Shown here in pieces: positions 47,798 through 61,534 of a DNA stretch of 64,000 bases. Where the stretch lies: contig JAAILG010000650.1 in assembly GCA_012026655.1 (NCBI GenBank), positions 1-64,000 of the forward strand, read 5' to 3'. The translations under genes were made by a program, and so were the position numbers. The stretch is from Hydrolagus affinis. Lineage: Eukaryota. Below the pieces are notes generated by a model, which was not told where the DNA came from, ran no database searches, and saw only the letters and a program-made list of their open reading frames with translations. Every line of letters begins with the position of its first letter. Position 1 is the first letter of the stretch.

Positions 47798-49535
47798 GGG
47801 TGTTGAATAATCCGATGAGGTTCAACGATTGGGGGAATGAACGTAGCAGAGAGCCATTAGTGTGTGGAACCATAATCTGATGTGATTCATTACCCAGAAG
47901 AGGGGGGGGAAATAAAGTTTCATGCCATGTTAGTTAGATCTTGGTAAATATATAACCAACTTTTATGCTCGAATCATGTCCTTTAAAGAGGAAATGAATA
48001 CTGAGCTAACTTTATAAACCAGTTCACATAGGAAACAAGGTGGAATATTAAAGTCACAAGTTTGTTATTTCATCTGGTATTCCTTACACAAATATAATAT
48101 AAAAGGAGCCAGCAGGAGTTTCCACACATTGCATTGTCTACTAACAAAACAAGTAACAGTAAACCACATTACATTTTTGTACGTCTAGACTAGTGGAATA
48201 ATAATTGTAGAATGAGAACTGTACATTGAAATTTTGTCCTTGAGTCAAACAAGTTCACGTGTGTGGAGCCTTTGATATTTACATTGGATATTGTTTTATA
48301 TTTCCAAAAATGAACCACGCCAGGAATAATTGGGTTCACTTCACAATTTTTCAATCATAAACGACCACATTCCTAGGAATGACATCCTTCTGCTTAGGAT
48401 CTTAATGAGAAGCTCGCATCGGATTAAAAATTCAAATAACAAAGTGGTTTCAAGAGGCATTTGCATTGCTAATAGTATTGTTCCCAGCTGCCCTGCTACT
48501 GGAAACAGCTTTTTGTGACAAAGAATCCATTATTTTCACCTGTTCTGCATGTATGAAAACCATTTAAAGTATCACCAGATTATCAAAAGGTAAGTATTAA
48601 AGCATATCACTCTTTGCTGACACCTGAGGGAGTAAAATACTACATGAACAGAATGGCTCATTAAACTGTATTCAGCAAATACATTAATGCATTAGTGCAG
48701 TGTTTTAATTGCTTATTGCTTTTTTCGGTTCTCAATATTATAATAATGGCTTGTAGTTTCATTGCCTCTGGTTAAAGATGATATCAAGCTAAAAATATTA
48801 ATAACATTTCAGCCTTTAGTATTATTAAAACTTGTTCTTGCAAAGCTTGATGAACATGACTATTGGAATCTCTGGTCTCTGAATGCAGTGGGTGAGGAAA
48901 TAACACAATATTTTGTTGTGAGAAATAGGTTGACATTCTATGTTTTAGATTTGCGGTTTAATGAATTCCTGTGCTAACATCCTCTGAGTTATTCATTATT
49001 TGATTATTTTATGTCATATCTATTAGCCCCAGGCTAATCGCTCGCTTATTGAAAAACTACTGGACCCAAAACCATATGGCAGGCTGCACATATTGGTATA
49101 TTCTGTTCCACAATGCTGCTTTCCTCTAATGAAGAAGGAATCAGATTTTCTATTTTGTAATTTCATTTCAACTATAGGCTTCTTCATTACAAATGCAAAT
49201 ATGTCCCCCAATAGACCCTCTGAGGGTGAGAATATTTTTGACCTTGAGTTTTAATTGGATCTTCATGACCAATGACCGCCCCGATTGAATTTGTCTGCTT
49301 TTGAGCGCACTTAATGAGCTATATATTGATATTAAGAACTCTGTTTTCCTCATTGTGCGTACACGTTGTCTAATTCCTTTCTGCACACAAAGCCTGTGTC
49401 TTCCTAAATGTAATTAAATGCATTCAGTTGGTCTACATTTTCTGGGTAAAAAGGGATCCGCTACTGTGATAACACAAATCTGTCTTGCAATTCCTTAAAT
49501 GTGTAACAGGTCTGAGAGGAAGAGATGAGCAAATA

Positions 49536-49580
49536 TAGATAGATACACCACTTCATAGATAGATACAGATAGATAGATCA
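49536..49580. repeat. Interrupted (TAGA)n microsatellite
   Basis: tagatagatac...catagatagatacagatagatagatc. Confidence 0.8.
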
Positions 49581-52500
49581 GTTTAGGTAGACACATTCAA
49601 CAAATCTTGTTTTCACTTCCAATGATACTTGCAACAATAAGATAAGAATAACCTGCAAGCATCAGAAGTGATGCCGTGGTGCCATTTCTGATCAGTCTAC
49701 AACAACTTCAGTTGTTGAAACCTGATTCACCCCACCCCCCACCACCCCCCACTTTGCCTTTGACTCTTCCCTTCTCTCTTTATCACAACAGGACTAAATT
49801 TCTGTTTCCTACCTCCCTTATCCTAGAGATACTCAATGGTTGCTTTGGCATTAATTCAACATTTTGCCAAAACCTACCACAAAAAAAATCAGTGAAAAGC
49901 AAATTCTATTAGTACATAAGGATAGAGAAAACTTAAATAATTTTAAGAGATCAGCTATGATTAAAATGGCAGAATTCACTGACAGTATTAAACAGTAAAA
50001 CCTAATAAAGAAACTGGAGATTTGTTCCTGCATTGTTCAATAAGTGAGTTTCATGCCATCAGATGGCCTCTACACACAGGATCTTTCGGGCATTTTAATA
50101 GTTAAAGCTAAATGTCCTCGCATCTAGGTTTCTGAGTTTATCACCCGTTAATTGATTTTTATAAATTTTTCATCCCGTTAAAATGGTAATTCTTTCTCGC
50201 TTTGTATTTATCTTGGGCGAGGCCCAATCTACAGGCAGCCTCATAACTGCCTTTACTTCTTCCACCTCGGATATACTGTACAGTACTCTTGTTGCTCCTT
50301 GTTGTGGCAGACCAACGTCTTTCAGTCGAGGGCCAAGGTTGATTGTGCACTTTGAATGAAGTCATATTTCTCACACCATCTGATCAGATGGGGATTACAG
50401 TAGCTGATCTGTAAAATAGAAATCAATTACTGAGATTACAGCAATCCTGAGTTTTGTTTGATTGATCTTCATTGTTGTAAAAGCAAAAAGCCATGAATGC
50501 TACTGTCTGCATTGTAACCCAGTTACAATAGAAGTTCATCCAATATTGTCCTGCCGAGTACAATATTTGCAATGTCTAAACACTCCATGGCAAACCTTGG
50601 TATATGTTGGTCAATATATGGATAAAGCATAACACCGGTCTTAATTACGTGTTATCATCTTATTTTTCATCACATTCCAATTTCCAAAAGCCTGTTTCTC
50701 ACTTTTATTGGAAATAACAAGGAATGTGATCATACCCAGAATAAATAGGCTGCAGAGTATTGGAGCATTCCCCAGAGTGTAAAGAGAAATGCAGTTACCT
50801 TTTATTTAACAAAAATGCTTTCAAGCTGAGGCTCCATGTTAAAAGTATAAGCCTGATTCTTTACCGTATAATTTAATTCAGTAAATAGATAATCAATTTA
50901 ACAGAGAATGGATTCCAGTATGCTTTTACAATGTCAAAAGCCAGACTGTGTCGCCATTATGATACCATTTGGTCCTAAAGTAGTAATAAACACGTGTGTG
51001 TAAAAAAAACCCGATTTAATGGCAAGGGCGGGGAATTGCTCATTTTTAAGCTTTTGTGATTCTTTTGCACAAATCATGAATACAGAGTAATGAGTGGCGG
51101 CAATTTAGAAACTGTCTGTTAATTGGCAAAATAACATGTTTGAGGCTGACCAGCGAAGGATTGTAGAGTGTGAAAGGTACAAAGACTGTATATTTCGAAT
51201 GCCTGTGTGATTGCATGTGCTTAGATTAGAGTGTCGGAGTTTGAACAGACGGTCTGATTGGACTGTTCCAGGCACCTGCATGCAAAACAATCTCAAATGT
51301 TCTGATTTAATCAGCACTCGGAACACTTAGCATTGGCGGTGCAGTGGCAGAACACAATGCAGATTAAGCAGGAAGGATTCTATCAAGTGGATTCTCATGA
51401 TGATTGTCATTTCTATATTGACTTGCCTTAAAGCAAAAAAAAGGCCTTTGTTCAAAAAGATAAGAGGAGGAGGTAGAGATTTTCTTTTGTGATTTTCAGT
51501 ACCTGGATATTTCATTTGCATTTAGCCCTATTTTCCAAGAGCTTTTAGGATATTACTTGTCTCCTGAAAGGTTTATAGTCAAGTCCAATCATCTGACACG
51601 CATCTGTGAAGGCACACAGCCTAGTAAAGATGCTCATGAAAAATCAAGCATTTATTACCCCCAAAAAAGTACATCAAAATTGGTTTCAATCTCTTTAACA
51701 AAGGCAATAACATTGACCAGATCTTCACTTGGAATGTGAGGTGACATTGGGGATTATTGGTATGTAATCGGATACAAATCTATTCAGACCTGATAATGGC
51801 CATGATCTCTTGTTAAGAAATGTCATTTACCAGGAATAGGATGACCGTGATCAGAACTGAATGGATCACCTTTAGAAGGTGGTCTGTGATTTTTTTTTAC
51901 GAGACAATTATCATGTCGCTAGAAATTATTTGATTTCTAGAAACCGTGGCACATTTGTGTCCCCAGTAGAGCCTCACGTCATCTCTTAACATTCACCAGG
52001 CTCCGCTTAGTTCATGGTTCACTCATCTCTGCACACGCCATTGTGTTTCATTTTAAATGCTTTTAGCATTAATAATAACTTATTGAGCGTCTGAAAGCTC
52101 TTTGTAAACAGATTATCTTGAAAAGCTTGAAATGGAATTGCTTGATTTTATCTTCATTTAAACAAGATTAATTTTTTTAATCTATTCTGCTGGTTAAGTA
52201 TTGTAGAATATTTGTTGTGCTGTGCATGTGTGTATGTGTAAAAAAAAATGCCATGTAGATAACATGATTGGAGATTTCCTTTCTTAAAGAGTTTTCTCAT
52301 TAAAAGTTCTGGGACACTAATCTGACAGAAAGCAAGCAATAGTTTAATAGTGGCCCAGAGCACTTTCCTCTTGACTGGCTCTCAGTTGCATTTGTCTTTA
52401 TTACCTTTAAAACAATTTCAAAAGAAATTCCTAAACTCTAAGTAACACTGATTAACTAAAGACATGGAGATTGCTCTGTAGAGGTGAAGATATCACCACA

Positions 52501-53629
52501 AAGGTCAGTAATCAAATGAAATGGTCAGCTCAGTTCCTCCCCATGCACATTTTCTGTATATTAAGCATTAAAGTTACGGCTTGGCAAATTTTATTCCTTT
52601 CCCTTTATAGGAGTATTTCCTTAAAAAGCACATCTGTCTTTTTTCACTCCATGGAGCGACGCTGTGTTTAGTTTCAAGAATGCTTTGTTCCACACTAAAT
52701 CACACAGGGAAAGGGAAAGGAGATCAGAAGTAATATGGTCGAAGCAGTGTGACAGTTGTATTTGTAAATATTCTGCAGCAATTCTATCGGAAAATCAAAT
52801 AATGTAATAAAGATGTCAGCTGTCAACAACAGGTTCAATGGGCCGTTGCAGTGATGAATGTTAAAAAGAAATGGAATTGTTTGTGCAGTTAAGCAATGTG
52901 ACCTTTCTTTAAAAAAAGCAGGGAGGTTTGTCAGATCAAATTTTCTAGTGTTATTCCTTTATGATTCCGTAGACGCTATTAAGATTGGAACAAGAATCTT
53001 CAGCATTGACTGATTTCTCTTCATCGTGTTCCTTCATCAAACCCAAGGCAAACCATGTCAAAACTATGAGGGGAGTCATAAGTGCACAGAATTATGATAA
53101 GCATGATTGATTTCAACCCCCCCCCTGCCCCACCACCCCTGTATCTTTGATACGCCATCATTCATATACAGTAGACTTAACAGGCACCGCTGTAATGTCT
53201 GTTACATTGCTGCAATCAAAAAGAGAGTTGCTTGATTATTTTATTGATACATTTATATAGTATCCCTTCAGTGATAAATCTAGACTAATGAGGATTCCTG
53301 TTGTATTCCCTATCCCCCCTCCACACACATCCAACCCACCCACACACCCATCCCACGCACACACACCCACACAACAAATGGAAGAACCAGCAATGATATC
53401 CCCAAACATCTCCAATTGCAAAAGCGTCGCGTGCTTTCACATTTATGTTTGCAATTGGGAATTTAAAACAAATTATTTCTTTATAAATGAGACAATTGTG
53501 AGTATGAAGATAATTTTATGTCTGTAAGATGGATCCAGTAATTCAACAGCAGAATAGGGGAAGCTCAGCAGAAATGATAATTTTCTGTAATTTGAGCTGA
53601 TGGTGACATAAATAATTCCTGAAATACTC

Positions 53630-53748
53630 ACTGAAATAGAGAAAGAGATTAGGAACCACACATCGGCCTTTTCCAGTTAGTGCTTTTCTGAAAGTATGGT
53701 ATCGGTGGGGGGTAAAATCTGTCACACAGAACCGAGTATTTACAGGGA
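53630..53748 (+). mobile_element. Possible RTE-clade LINE fragment
   Basis: EKEIRNHTSAFS, then in another frame LKVWYRWGVKSVTQNRVF, reminiscent of RTE EI..RI..AS.AF..L..VW...GI...TK..VY. Short and decayed. Confidence 0.35.
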
Positions 53749-54473
53749 TAAGAAAGAAGACTGGTGCAAATGATGCAACATATGAAATGGTATGAGTAAT
53801 GAGGTACTTAAGAGGGATAAAAGAGACGGAGGAGGTGGAATGGATGGATTGAAGTGGTGACAATAGGCGTACAGCAGTCAGGGGAGGTGGCAATGAACAA
53901 TTTGAGTTATTAGATGGCTTGGAGTTACAGTGAGATGCTGGCAATAGTAGGCAGATAAGAAGCCATTGTTAAATATATTCCAATCTCAGCCCCCGCCTCA
54001 TCAGCAAACTCTCAGCCATTTATTTCAAGAAAAACAAGTGAAGCATCCTTACCCTAGCTGATTGCTATAAACCAGCCTCAAGCTGGAAAAAAAGAGTTAA
54101 AAAGCTGATTCCTGCAAATAGCGAGGTATCATTGTGTGCAACACTGCATCTCGGGTTCATATAGCAATCCTCACGCAGTATTTTCAGATGATGATTCAAT
54201 ATTAAAGTAAGATGATTTTTTTCCTAATATAAAAAAAATGCCTCTGTGTTTCAGCCCTCAGGCAATCTAATAGCCCAAGCAGCTAGGTGTTCTTGATTCC
54301 CTTTCGGAAGGTCATTAGTTCAAATCGCAGGACTACCTGCTGTTTCAGTTTCCTTAGTTGGATGATTCTGTTAAGTCCTTCAGATATGGAAGTAACGCAG
54401 AGGGGAAAATAGAAGGTGGAGTGCTTGTGTAAACAATAAAAGCAAAATCTGCATCTGTTTTACGTAAAAAAAA

Positions 54474-54612
54474 GCTGTTTGTGGCACTTTGCTATGCGCA
54501 AATAACCTGCTGCATTGCCTACAAAATACAGTCTTTACAAGTTCTTTAGTGTATCCTTTGAAGCACTTTGAAACGTCCCCCCAAAACGAAAGGCAAGTGT
54601 AAGGATTATAAT
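54474..54612 (+). mobile_element. SINE 3' fragment
   Basis: gctgtttgtggcactttgctatgcgcaaat...tgaagcactttgaaacgtcccc...gaaaggc...taaggattat. Confidence 0.7.
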
Positions 54613-54698
54613 TGTTAATGAAGGTCAGGATTCCAAGACCGAAAATATTTCCCTCTCCTGAATTCAGTCATTCCTACATCATTACCTGTGTAGACCTT

Positions 54699-54772
54699 AC
54701 AGCGCCTTGGGACGTCCTCCCGACGTGAAAGGCGCTCTATAAATGTAATTTGTTGTTATTTGTTGTTGTTGT
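54699..54772 (+). mobile_element. Young L2 tail-only insertion, (GTT)n-ended
   Basis: acagcgccttgggacgtcctcccgacgtgaaaggcgctctataaatgtaatttgttgttatttgttgttgttgt. Confidence 0.85.
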
Positions 54773-57700
54773 AGACCATGCCCTTCTCTGCATGCAATTC
54801 ACCATGGAAGACAGAAACAAAATATTTGAACTACTATTTTGTTAAATAGTGAAGAAATGTAATTTCAGCATGTCCCAAACACTTGTTCACTTATCCGAGT
54901 CTGTTCATTTTCTCTTCATCTCCCCCGTCCTTTCATTTTTTTTACTGCTCGCATCTACTCTTCCCATTATTTCTTTCAGTGGGTAGTTTTTAATTAATAA
55001 CATTTGCAAGAACATGCAGATCAAAATGGAAGCCTTTCTTCTATATGTGGCTATATCTTTCTGGTACAAATGCAGAATATCATTGCTTGTTTGCCAGTTA
55101 ATGGAATCCTCAGGATTTATTGAAGGCAAGTTTGACTTCTGCTTTCTTCACTCCAATAGGATGTTAAAAAATGTGATATTAAATTACCAGATATGTATTG
55201 TTCACTAATCCTGGTGTAATGGGATTATATGGTGAAGTTCCTGATCAGTCACGGGGTAACTATAAGAGACAGCAATCTCCGGACACAAAATCAAGGTCAT
55301 TTAAACCTTTATAATATGACACCTGAATAGTACACTGAGTACCATCTTCCTGCAGTAATCAACATTTCCCATGCACATCTGCAGTCAAAGATACATTTTA
55401 TATATTTTACAATAGCATCTCTTCAATGTAGTTTTGGAGTCACACAGACAGTATAGGGGCTTTAACTTCCATCCCGTGTTTGCCTGTCAGTCCATTTTAT
55501 CTTAGAATGTCAGACTGAGCAGATATGTGGAAAACTCAATTTGGCAGCCAGTACTTTTTAAAAACCATAGAAAACCGACTTACAAATTAAGACTGAAATA
55601 TTCAGAATTCTCCTCAATTTTTGAGTCTTAAATTTTAAGGCGATTTTTTTTACAAGCTAAGAATAGGTGATATTTCAGGCCACTGATGTAATGATAACTG
55701 ATTGAATGTGAATGTAAAGACAAGATCCGTTGGTTGGAGTTTTATATAGCCAGGAATCAGACAGAACAATATACTGTAAATAATACAAACAAGTGTATAG
55801 TTAGTACACTGATTATTTTCCTATGAACCTAACTAGACACAAATTAGTGTCAAATTCAGGGTTGCTTGAGATCTAGTGAGTTGGATCGTTGGAATTTAGT
55901 CAGTGATGGCTGATCTTCCTGTGGCAGTTGGTGTAACTTTAGAGACAAAATCTCAAAGCTGCACTTCAGAATTGTGAAGGAATCACAAAGCCCGGTTCAT
56001 TTTGCCGAATCCAGAGAGCGAGTATTGTATTCTGGTTCAAATCCAAATCCCAATGCCTAGCACCAGGCTCACTCCAGTCTGTTGCTGTCAAAGCTACCTT
56101 GGTTTTAAAGGTATTTTTAGAGGTCAAAATGCTTTATTAGGAGGTAGATGAATTCAACAACGGAATAGTTGAATGATCAGCAAATAATGGGCAAAGCAGA
56201 CTGTGTTACTCAAAGTAGCAGCACAAAAGTAGGACCGCACAGAGCTCCTCACCTTCACATTTGTTTTTTATGAAACAAATTCAAAACTGTCCAATTGACA
56301 AATGCTAACAATTTTCCAGTGTTTTTGTTTCACAGCCAACAGAGGATTAAAGCACTAAGTCTAACCAAGCAGGTTTGAGTTTTGTCCCCAGAGTATATGA
56401 ACGAGTAGCACATGGTCCTATTGTGCTTTGTCCACTGTACATGCGACTGACATAAGCTGGTGGTAATAGCTGCAGGCTATGTGCCCTGAACAGCTGTTTT
56501 TTCGTGTGTGCAGGTTTGTTACACTGCCCTCCTGTAGGTCCTGTGGGTTTATTTTTAATAGCCTTACATTTTCCTACATTAATTTATTTGAAGAAGAATA
56601 TGCACTGGTTAGTTTTAATATGTGTTGTGATTTCAAGGCTCAGTATGAGAAAGATGAGTGAGTGTACCTTTTCCCCCCTATCTATAAAGTACGTATCCCT
56701 AAACCTGTGCTTTACTATTATTTTTGGTCTCAGCCATCAGTGTGGTATTGAGTCTTAACTATATTCCTGGTAATCCCATATTCCTGATCATTTCTCGGTG
56801 GAATACTGACAGCTACGTATAGCATCGCTTTTAATCCAGGCAGTGGAAACCAGGCAAAGGCAAACCCAAGATATTTGATTTGCCCTCAGATTAAAACACC
56901 AGCTATGGCCTTGTTGATCCAACAAGTCTCTCTCTTTGTTCCTACCTTTGGGTTTCTGTCAACTTTCACAGGTAGAAGACAATCATCCCAGCCTTCATAG
57001 TCGCTGTCATGAATTCATCGAGATTCATTTATCTCCAGATGTGGTTATCAGCACCAATAGCAACCCCAATTGCAGCATTGTCATCTCAGATTTCATTCAC
57101 TGTATAACCTGAAAAGCCTCCCGAGACTAAGCAGCTATTTTGTCCCTTACAATTGTCTACTCGACTGCTTTTGCTAACCGGAACCTCCCATACCAATTAG
57201 CCTTGAAGGTTCTCAATGGCTTAATTTAGAGAGAGAAAAAAAAGCTGTTGCAGGAAAATGCCCTTCCCTTTCTGTAACTCTGTAAGCTGTTGGCCTCTCT
57301 CTGAGCAAGGAAATGAGATCAGGGTTTTGAACAGGATCACAGACGGTTACAAAACTGTAAATCTAATCACAACCTCATTCTCTCATATCTATTGATATGT
57401 TTACCCCCATTGAGAGCGACTGTAATTTCTGATCAGGTTAGAAGTAGATTGATTCTATTGATCTGCATTGCTTCAATTGATCCACTGCCTCAGCTGTATT
57501 TACAAGCCAATGTTAAAAGCAGCATGGTTGCCACCAAACAATGCTGTATGTTGCTGCCAGTTCATGCTAGAGCAAGTGATCAAGCATAGTGTCTGCTCTG
57601 TTGGAGAAACAGTCAGAAGAGATATGTAGTGAGCGAAAGGTCACTTGGAGGGGGAAAGGTTTCAACCATCCCTGCCTCTTTTGCGATGGAGAGGTTAACA

Positions 57701-58224
57701 ATGCGGGGAAAATCATGGTCAAATCGGATTAAAAGCAAATTACATAACTAATTTGCAAATGATATATCAATGGCTAACAAAACACAGGCACAGTGCAATA
57801 TGCTTGCAGTCATTACCCATGTTTTACAATTAATCAATGTTAACATTTCCTTTTATGGCATGGTACTGGTGCTACACTAAAGATGTTTGGACAAGTAACA
57901 CATTACAAAGTTAATTTGAGAAGCTAGTCTTGTTGAACAGTTTTAGTTTTCCATGAATAGACCTCAACATTATGATTGTGGAATATGTTTGACAAAGAAG
58001 AGATTGAGAGGATCATTATCTGTTGTGGCTCCCATATCAGTTTCTGTTCTGACGCTCCCTCCAAATTGAAGAGGATTTCTAGTGCTGCTTCCGTCCCTCT
58101 GTGAGTTACTCTCTGGTTTATCAGTTAAATGTAATCTTCTCCTCAATGGCTTTCTTAACGTTACTAAATAGTTTTCTGAACTTGTACTGGTTCTGGTATT
58201 CTCAGAGATTATGGCCAACCGTTT

Positions 58225-58552
58225 GGATTCCTGTAGCTCAGTGGTGAGAGCACTCGCCTTACAAATGTGAGATCTGTGTTTCAAATCCAGGCAGGTCAGG
58301 GTGAAACCTTGGGCAAGTTTCCTTACTCCACAAGCTTAATAATAATCTGTCCAAAACAAAACTATAATAAACTGGTCATTTCAATCCACGACTGTTTGTG
58401 GAACATTCTGTGCGCAATTGGCTGCTGCATTTCACCCACAAATATACAGTCAATTAATTTTACAGTCTATTCTGTGAAGTGCTTTGAGATGTCTAGAAGA
58501 CGTGAAAAGCGCTATATCAAAATGCAAAGATTATTATTATTACTATTATTAT
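58225..58552 (+). mobile_element. Young tRNA-derived SINE, full length
   Basis: ggattcctgtagctcagtggtgagagcactcgccttacaa...gtgaagtgctttgagatgtctagaagacgtgaaaagcgctatatcaaaatgcaaagattattattatt. Confidence 0.93.
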
Positions 58553-58812
58553 CCCCGATGTTGAAGCCTTTTCTTTTATCTCGGTACAATCACTGATACC
58601 TTCACTTACAAGGAGACTAAATTTAAAGGGAATGGACGGGGATGTGCGGAATTAACAACTGCATAGTGGCTGCAAGCGGATGTCAAGACTTTGAGATGCC
58701 TTCTGACCTGCTAAAGTGGTATACGAAATTAAGAGTTTTTTTTTCATTTATTTAGTTTTAGAGCTGATAGATGCTTGAAATGTCACCACCTGTTATTTCT
58801 GCATGATAATAC

Positions 58813-58870
58813 GACAACAACAACAACAACAATAAAATTGTATTTACAGAGCGCCTTTCACGTCAGGCGG
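58813..58870 (-). mobile_element. L2 tail-only insertion
   Basis: (aac)n aataaaattgtatttacagagcgcctttcacgtcaggcgg. Confidence 0.8.
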
Positions 58871-58904
58871 ATTAAATACAATAATGATCATTGTATTTAA
58901 TATT

Positions 58905-58965
58905 GTGTCTTGGTACGTCTCAGAGCTCTTCACAGGAATTACTGTAAAGTGTAGTGACTATATTC
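58905..58965 (-). mobile_element. Old SINE tail remnant
   Basis: acgtctcagagctcttcacaggaattactgtaaagtgtagtgacta. Confidence 0.6.
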
Positions 58966-59893
58966 GGAGGTATTAACAAGGGATCGACAAGCATTGTGCG
59001 TTAAATCTTAAATTCATGATACATCCCAGACTTGCAGTGATGGATTCTCATTGAATCCAATGCTTTGTCCTGTGGACTCATATAAAAAAAATCCACTTAC
59101 AAAAACTACTGCTGTGGGCATAATTCAGGTTTATTTCAAGATGATGTAAAAGATACAAACTTTAAACTAGTTTCCAGCTCAGTGAAGTGGGAAATGCAAA
59201 AACTGCAGCCGAAGCCAGTTGCTTCTACAAAGCAGATGGTGGCTGCTGGGAGCCGACAGCACCAAACCTGGTCAATGAAACTTTATTAGGAGAGACCTCG
59301 AATGTGAATAAATATCTTTAGACGGACTAATTAAAAAAGCTCTTTTCATTAGTTTAGGCCATCTGTTAAACTAGGGACGCGATGGAATTGGGTACTAGTT
59401 AAAATTGTAGTACAAAAGATTGCACCTAAAGTCCTATAAAACTATTGTATTTTAGCAAAGAGTGATGAGAGTCCTAATCAGCTCCGTTTCAACAATGAGT
59501 TCTAAAAGTGTAATTTATGTTCCTGATATGACTGTTACTTTGCATGTCTTACAAACTTCACAAGGTCAATGATCAGATCGATGGTTCCTTGTTTTTTACC
59601 GTGAGCAGGTTTGATCTGTTCCCTCACACAAACAAAATGCTGCGATTCTTGCTCCTGTCTTGATGTTTCTTTGACCTCCACACATGAAATTTGGTTGTGT
59701 CCGCTTTCCGCTCACCATGAATTTAGCTGCTTCAAATCTTCCTGTGATTTAAATTTACCAGTTATAAATGCAATACTTTTGTATGTTGCACATACAGACA
59801 TATACACAACCTGTGTTTATTAAGACCTAAGTATTTTTGGCCAACAATGCGAATGCAATGTGCCTGTCTGTGCCTGGGATGGCAAGGTACTGT

Positions 59894-60205
59894 ATTATAA
59901 TAATCCTTGCATTTAATGTAACAATTTTCACGTCTTCTCGACATCTCAAAGTGCTTCACAGAATATACTGTAAAGTGTATATTTGTATATTTGACTGTAT
60001 ATTTGTAGGTGAAACGCAGCAGCCAATTACACACAGCAGTGTCCCACAAACAATCATGGATTCAAATGACGGGAAAAAAAATTTTTGAGGGATTATTATT
60101 AGGTGTGTGGAGTAAAGAAATGCCCAAGCTTTCACCCTGCCTGAAATTGAGCCCAGGTCGCTCGCTTGTAAGGCGAGTGCTCTAACCAATGAGCTACAGG
60201 ACTCC
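59894..60205 (-). mobile_element. Young tRNA-derived SINE, full length
   Basis: ataataatccttgcattt...ggcgagtgctctaaccaatgagctacaggactcc. Confidence 0.93.
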
Positions 60206-61534
60206 ACTCCACAATATAATGATATAATAGCAGATATAATGCATGTAAAACTCACTGAAAATCGTAATAATCCATTCTTCACCATCAAGATAATCACATG
60301 CCATGATAATCCTGGTAATGTTGATGAACAAAGAGGAGCACTCTTGAACACAATGCATTAATAACCTCTCTTTACCTAAAAGTGGGAGCATCAATGGAGT
60401 TCCAAAACATTGCGATTATTGAAATATTGAATCAAGGAATTATCATGCTACCATAAATTATATTAAAATATTCCCGTTGATCACGTACCTTTTAGTCAAA
60501 TGTGACACATGGCTAGTTATTTTAAGAAGCTGATTAATATTTTAAAATCACTGCATATAAATAATGTGCAGTGTACACCCATGAAATAGAAATCTGCAGC
60601 TAAATTCTTTTTTGCACTCTGTAGTTATTAATGACAGCTCTAATGTTAATCAGACATTTACGACATGCAGGCTATACAGTAGCAACTATTGTTTCTGATC
60701 TCCCTTTGTATCAACCGTGTTAGCACATGGATCAGCCGTCAGAACGCTGCATGCCTGTCTTTGAAAATTACTTACAGTTCCCATCTAATTTCCTGCTGCA
60801 CGCATGAGAATAAATATATGCAACAATTTAATTCTCAGGCTCCCTATCACATTGTCCCTATTTTTACAGTTTTCCATCCAGTTTTGTTCCTTTTAAAGCT
60901 TCTTACGTTGAACTTTCCATTCCTATTTTAATGCTTCCCATTATTTATAACCAATTGCTTTCACCTAACTTACAAAATGCCTTATAACTATCCAGCAAGG
61001 CGTTAGTTTAGAAAGCAGATTTCTTCCATGCGGTTTATTGGCAGAGACACTTTTTAATAAGCTAACAGGAGGCTCACTTGTTAGAAGTTGAATGAGTGGG
61101 GGGGTCAAGTGTCAGATTTCCCTTTAGGTGCTTCTCTCAGTGTAAAGCAAATGTACTTGCCAGCCACCTGGCTAACCATCCCCAACGATAATCACACACG
61201 GAGCCAACAGGATTCGGGGCCAAATAAACTGCTGAGACTCAAACTGCGACCACAGCAGTGACACATGTACATGTTATTGCATTTTTATTCTAAATCATGA
61301 TGTCATTATTAGAAGTCTTTGTGTATATTTAATACTTACATCGTGTCAGTATCGTGTCAGTTGAAGAGAGAGGGGGCTCTTTGTCTTTCTATTGATCTGG
61401 TTAGACAAATGTGTGGCAGGCAAAGGGCATTCCAGCTAATAAAATAAATACTTTCAAGCTCAAAGGTAAACTACAGTACTTTGGAGGAGAACTGCATATG
61501 TTTGACTCAGAACGTGAAAGTTCCAGTAATAATA

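Noticed and set aside
57970-58596. ORFs sharing peptides such as SIHDCLW and VKCFEMSRR with other ORFs (2072, 22338, 59762, 59956), suggesting a gene family
   Set aside because: The shared peptides are translations of the non-coding SINE body.
3500-58870. Recurrent palindromic 60-bp unit as a CRISPR-like or REP-like repeat
   Set aside because: Copies are dispersed on both strands, 5'-truncated and end in simple repeats, so they are LINE tails. There is no regular repeat-spacer array and the context is eukaryotic.
7022-61361. Short tandem duplications (7022-7043, near 17728, 42138-42167, 61340-61361)
   Set aside because: Ordinary 10-13 bp slippage duplications with unrelated units and no sign of function.
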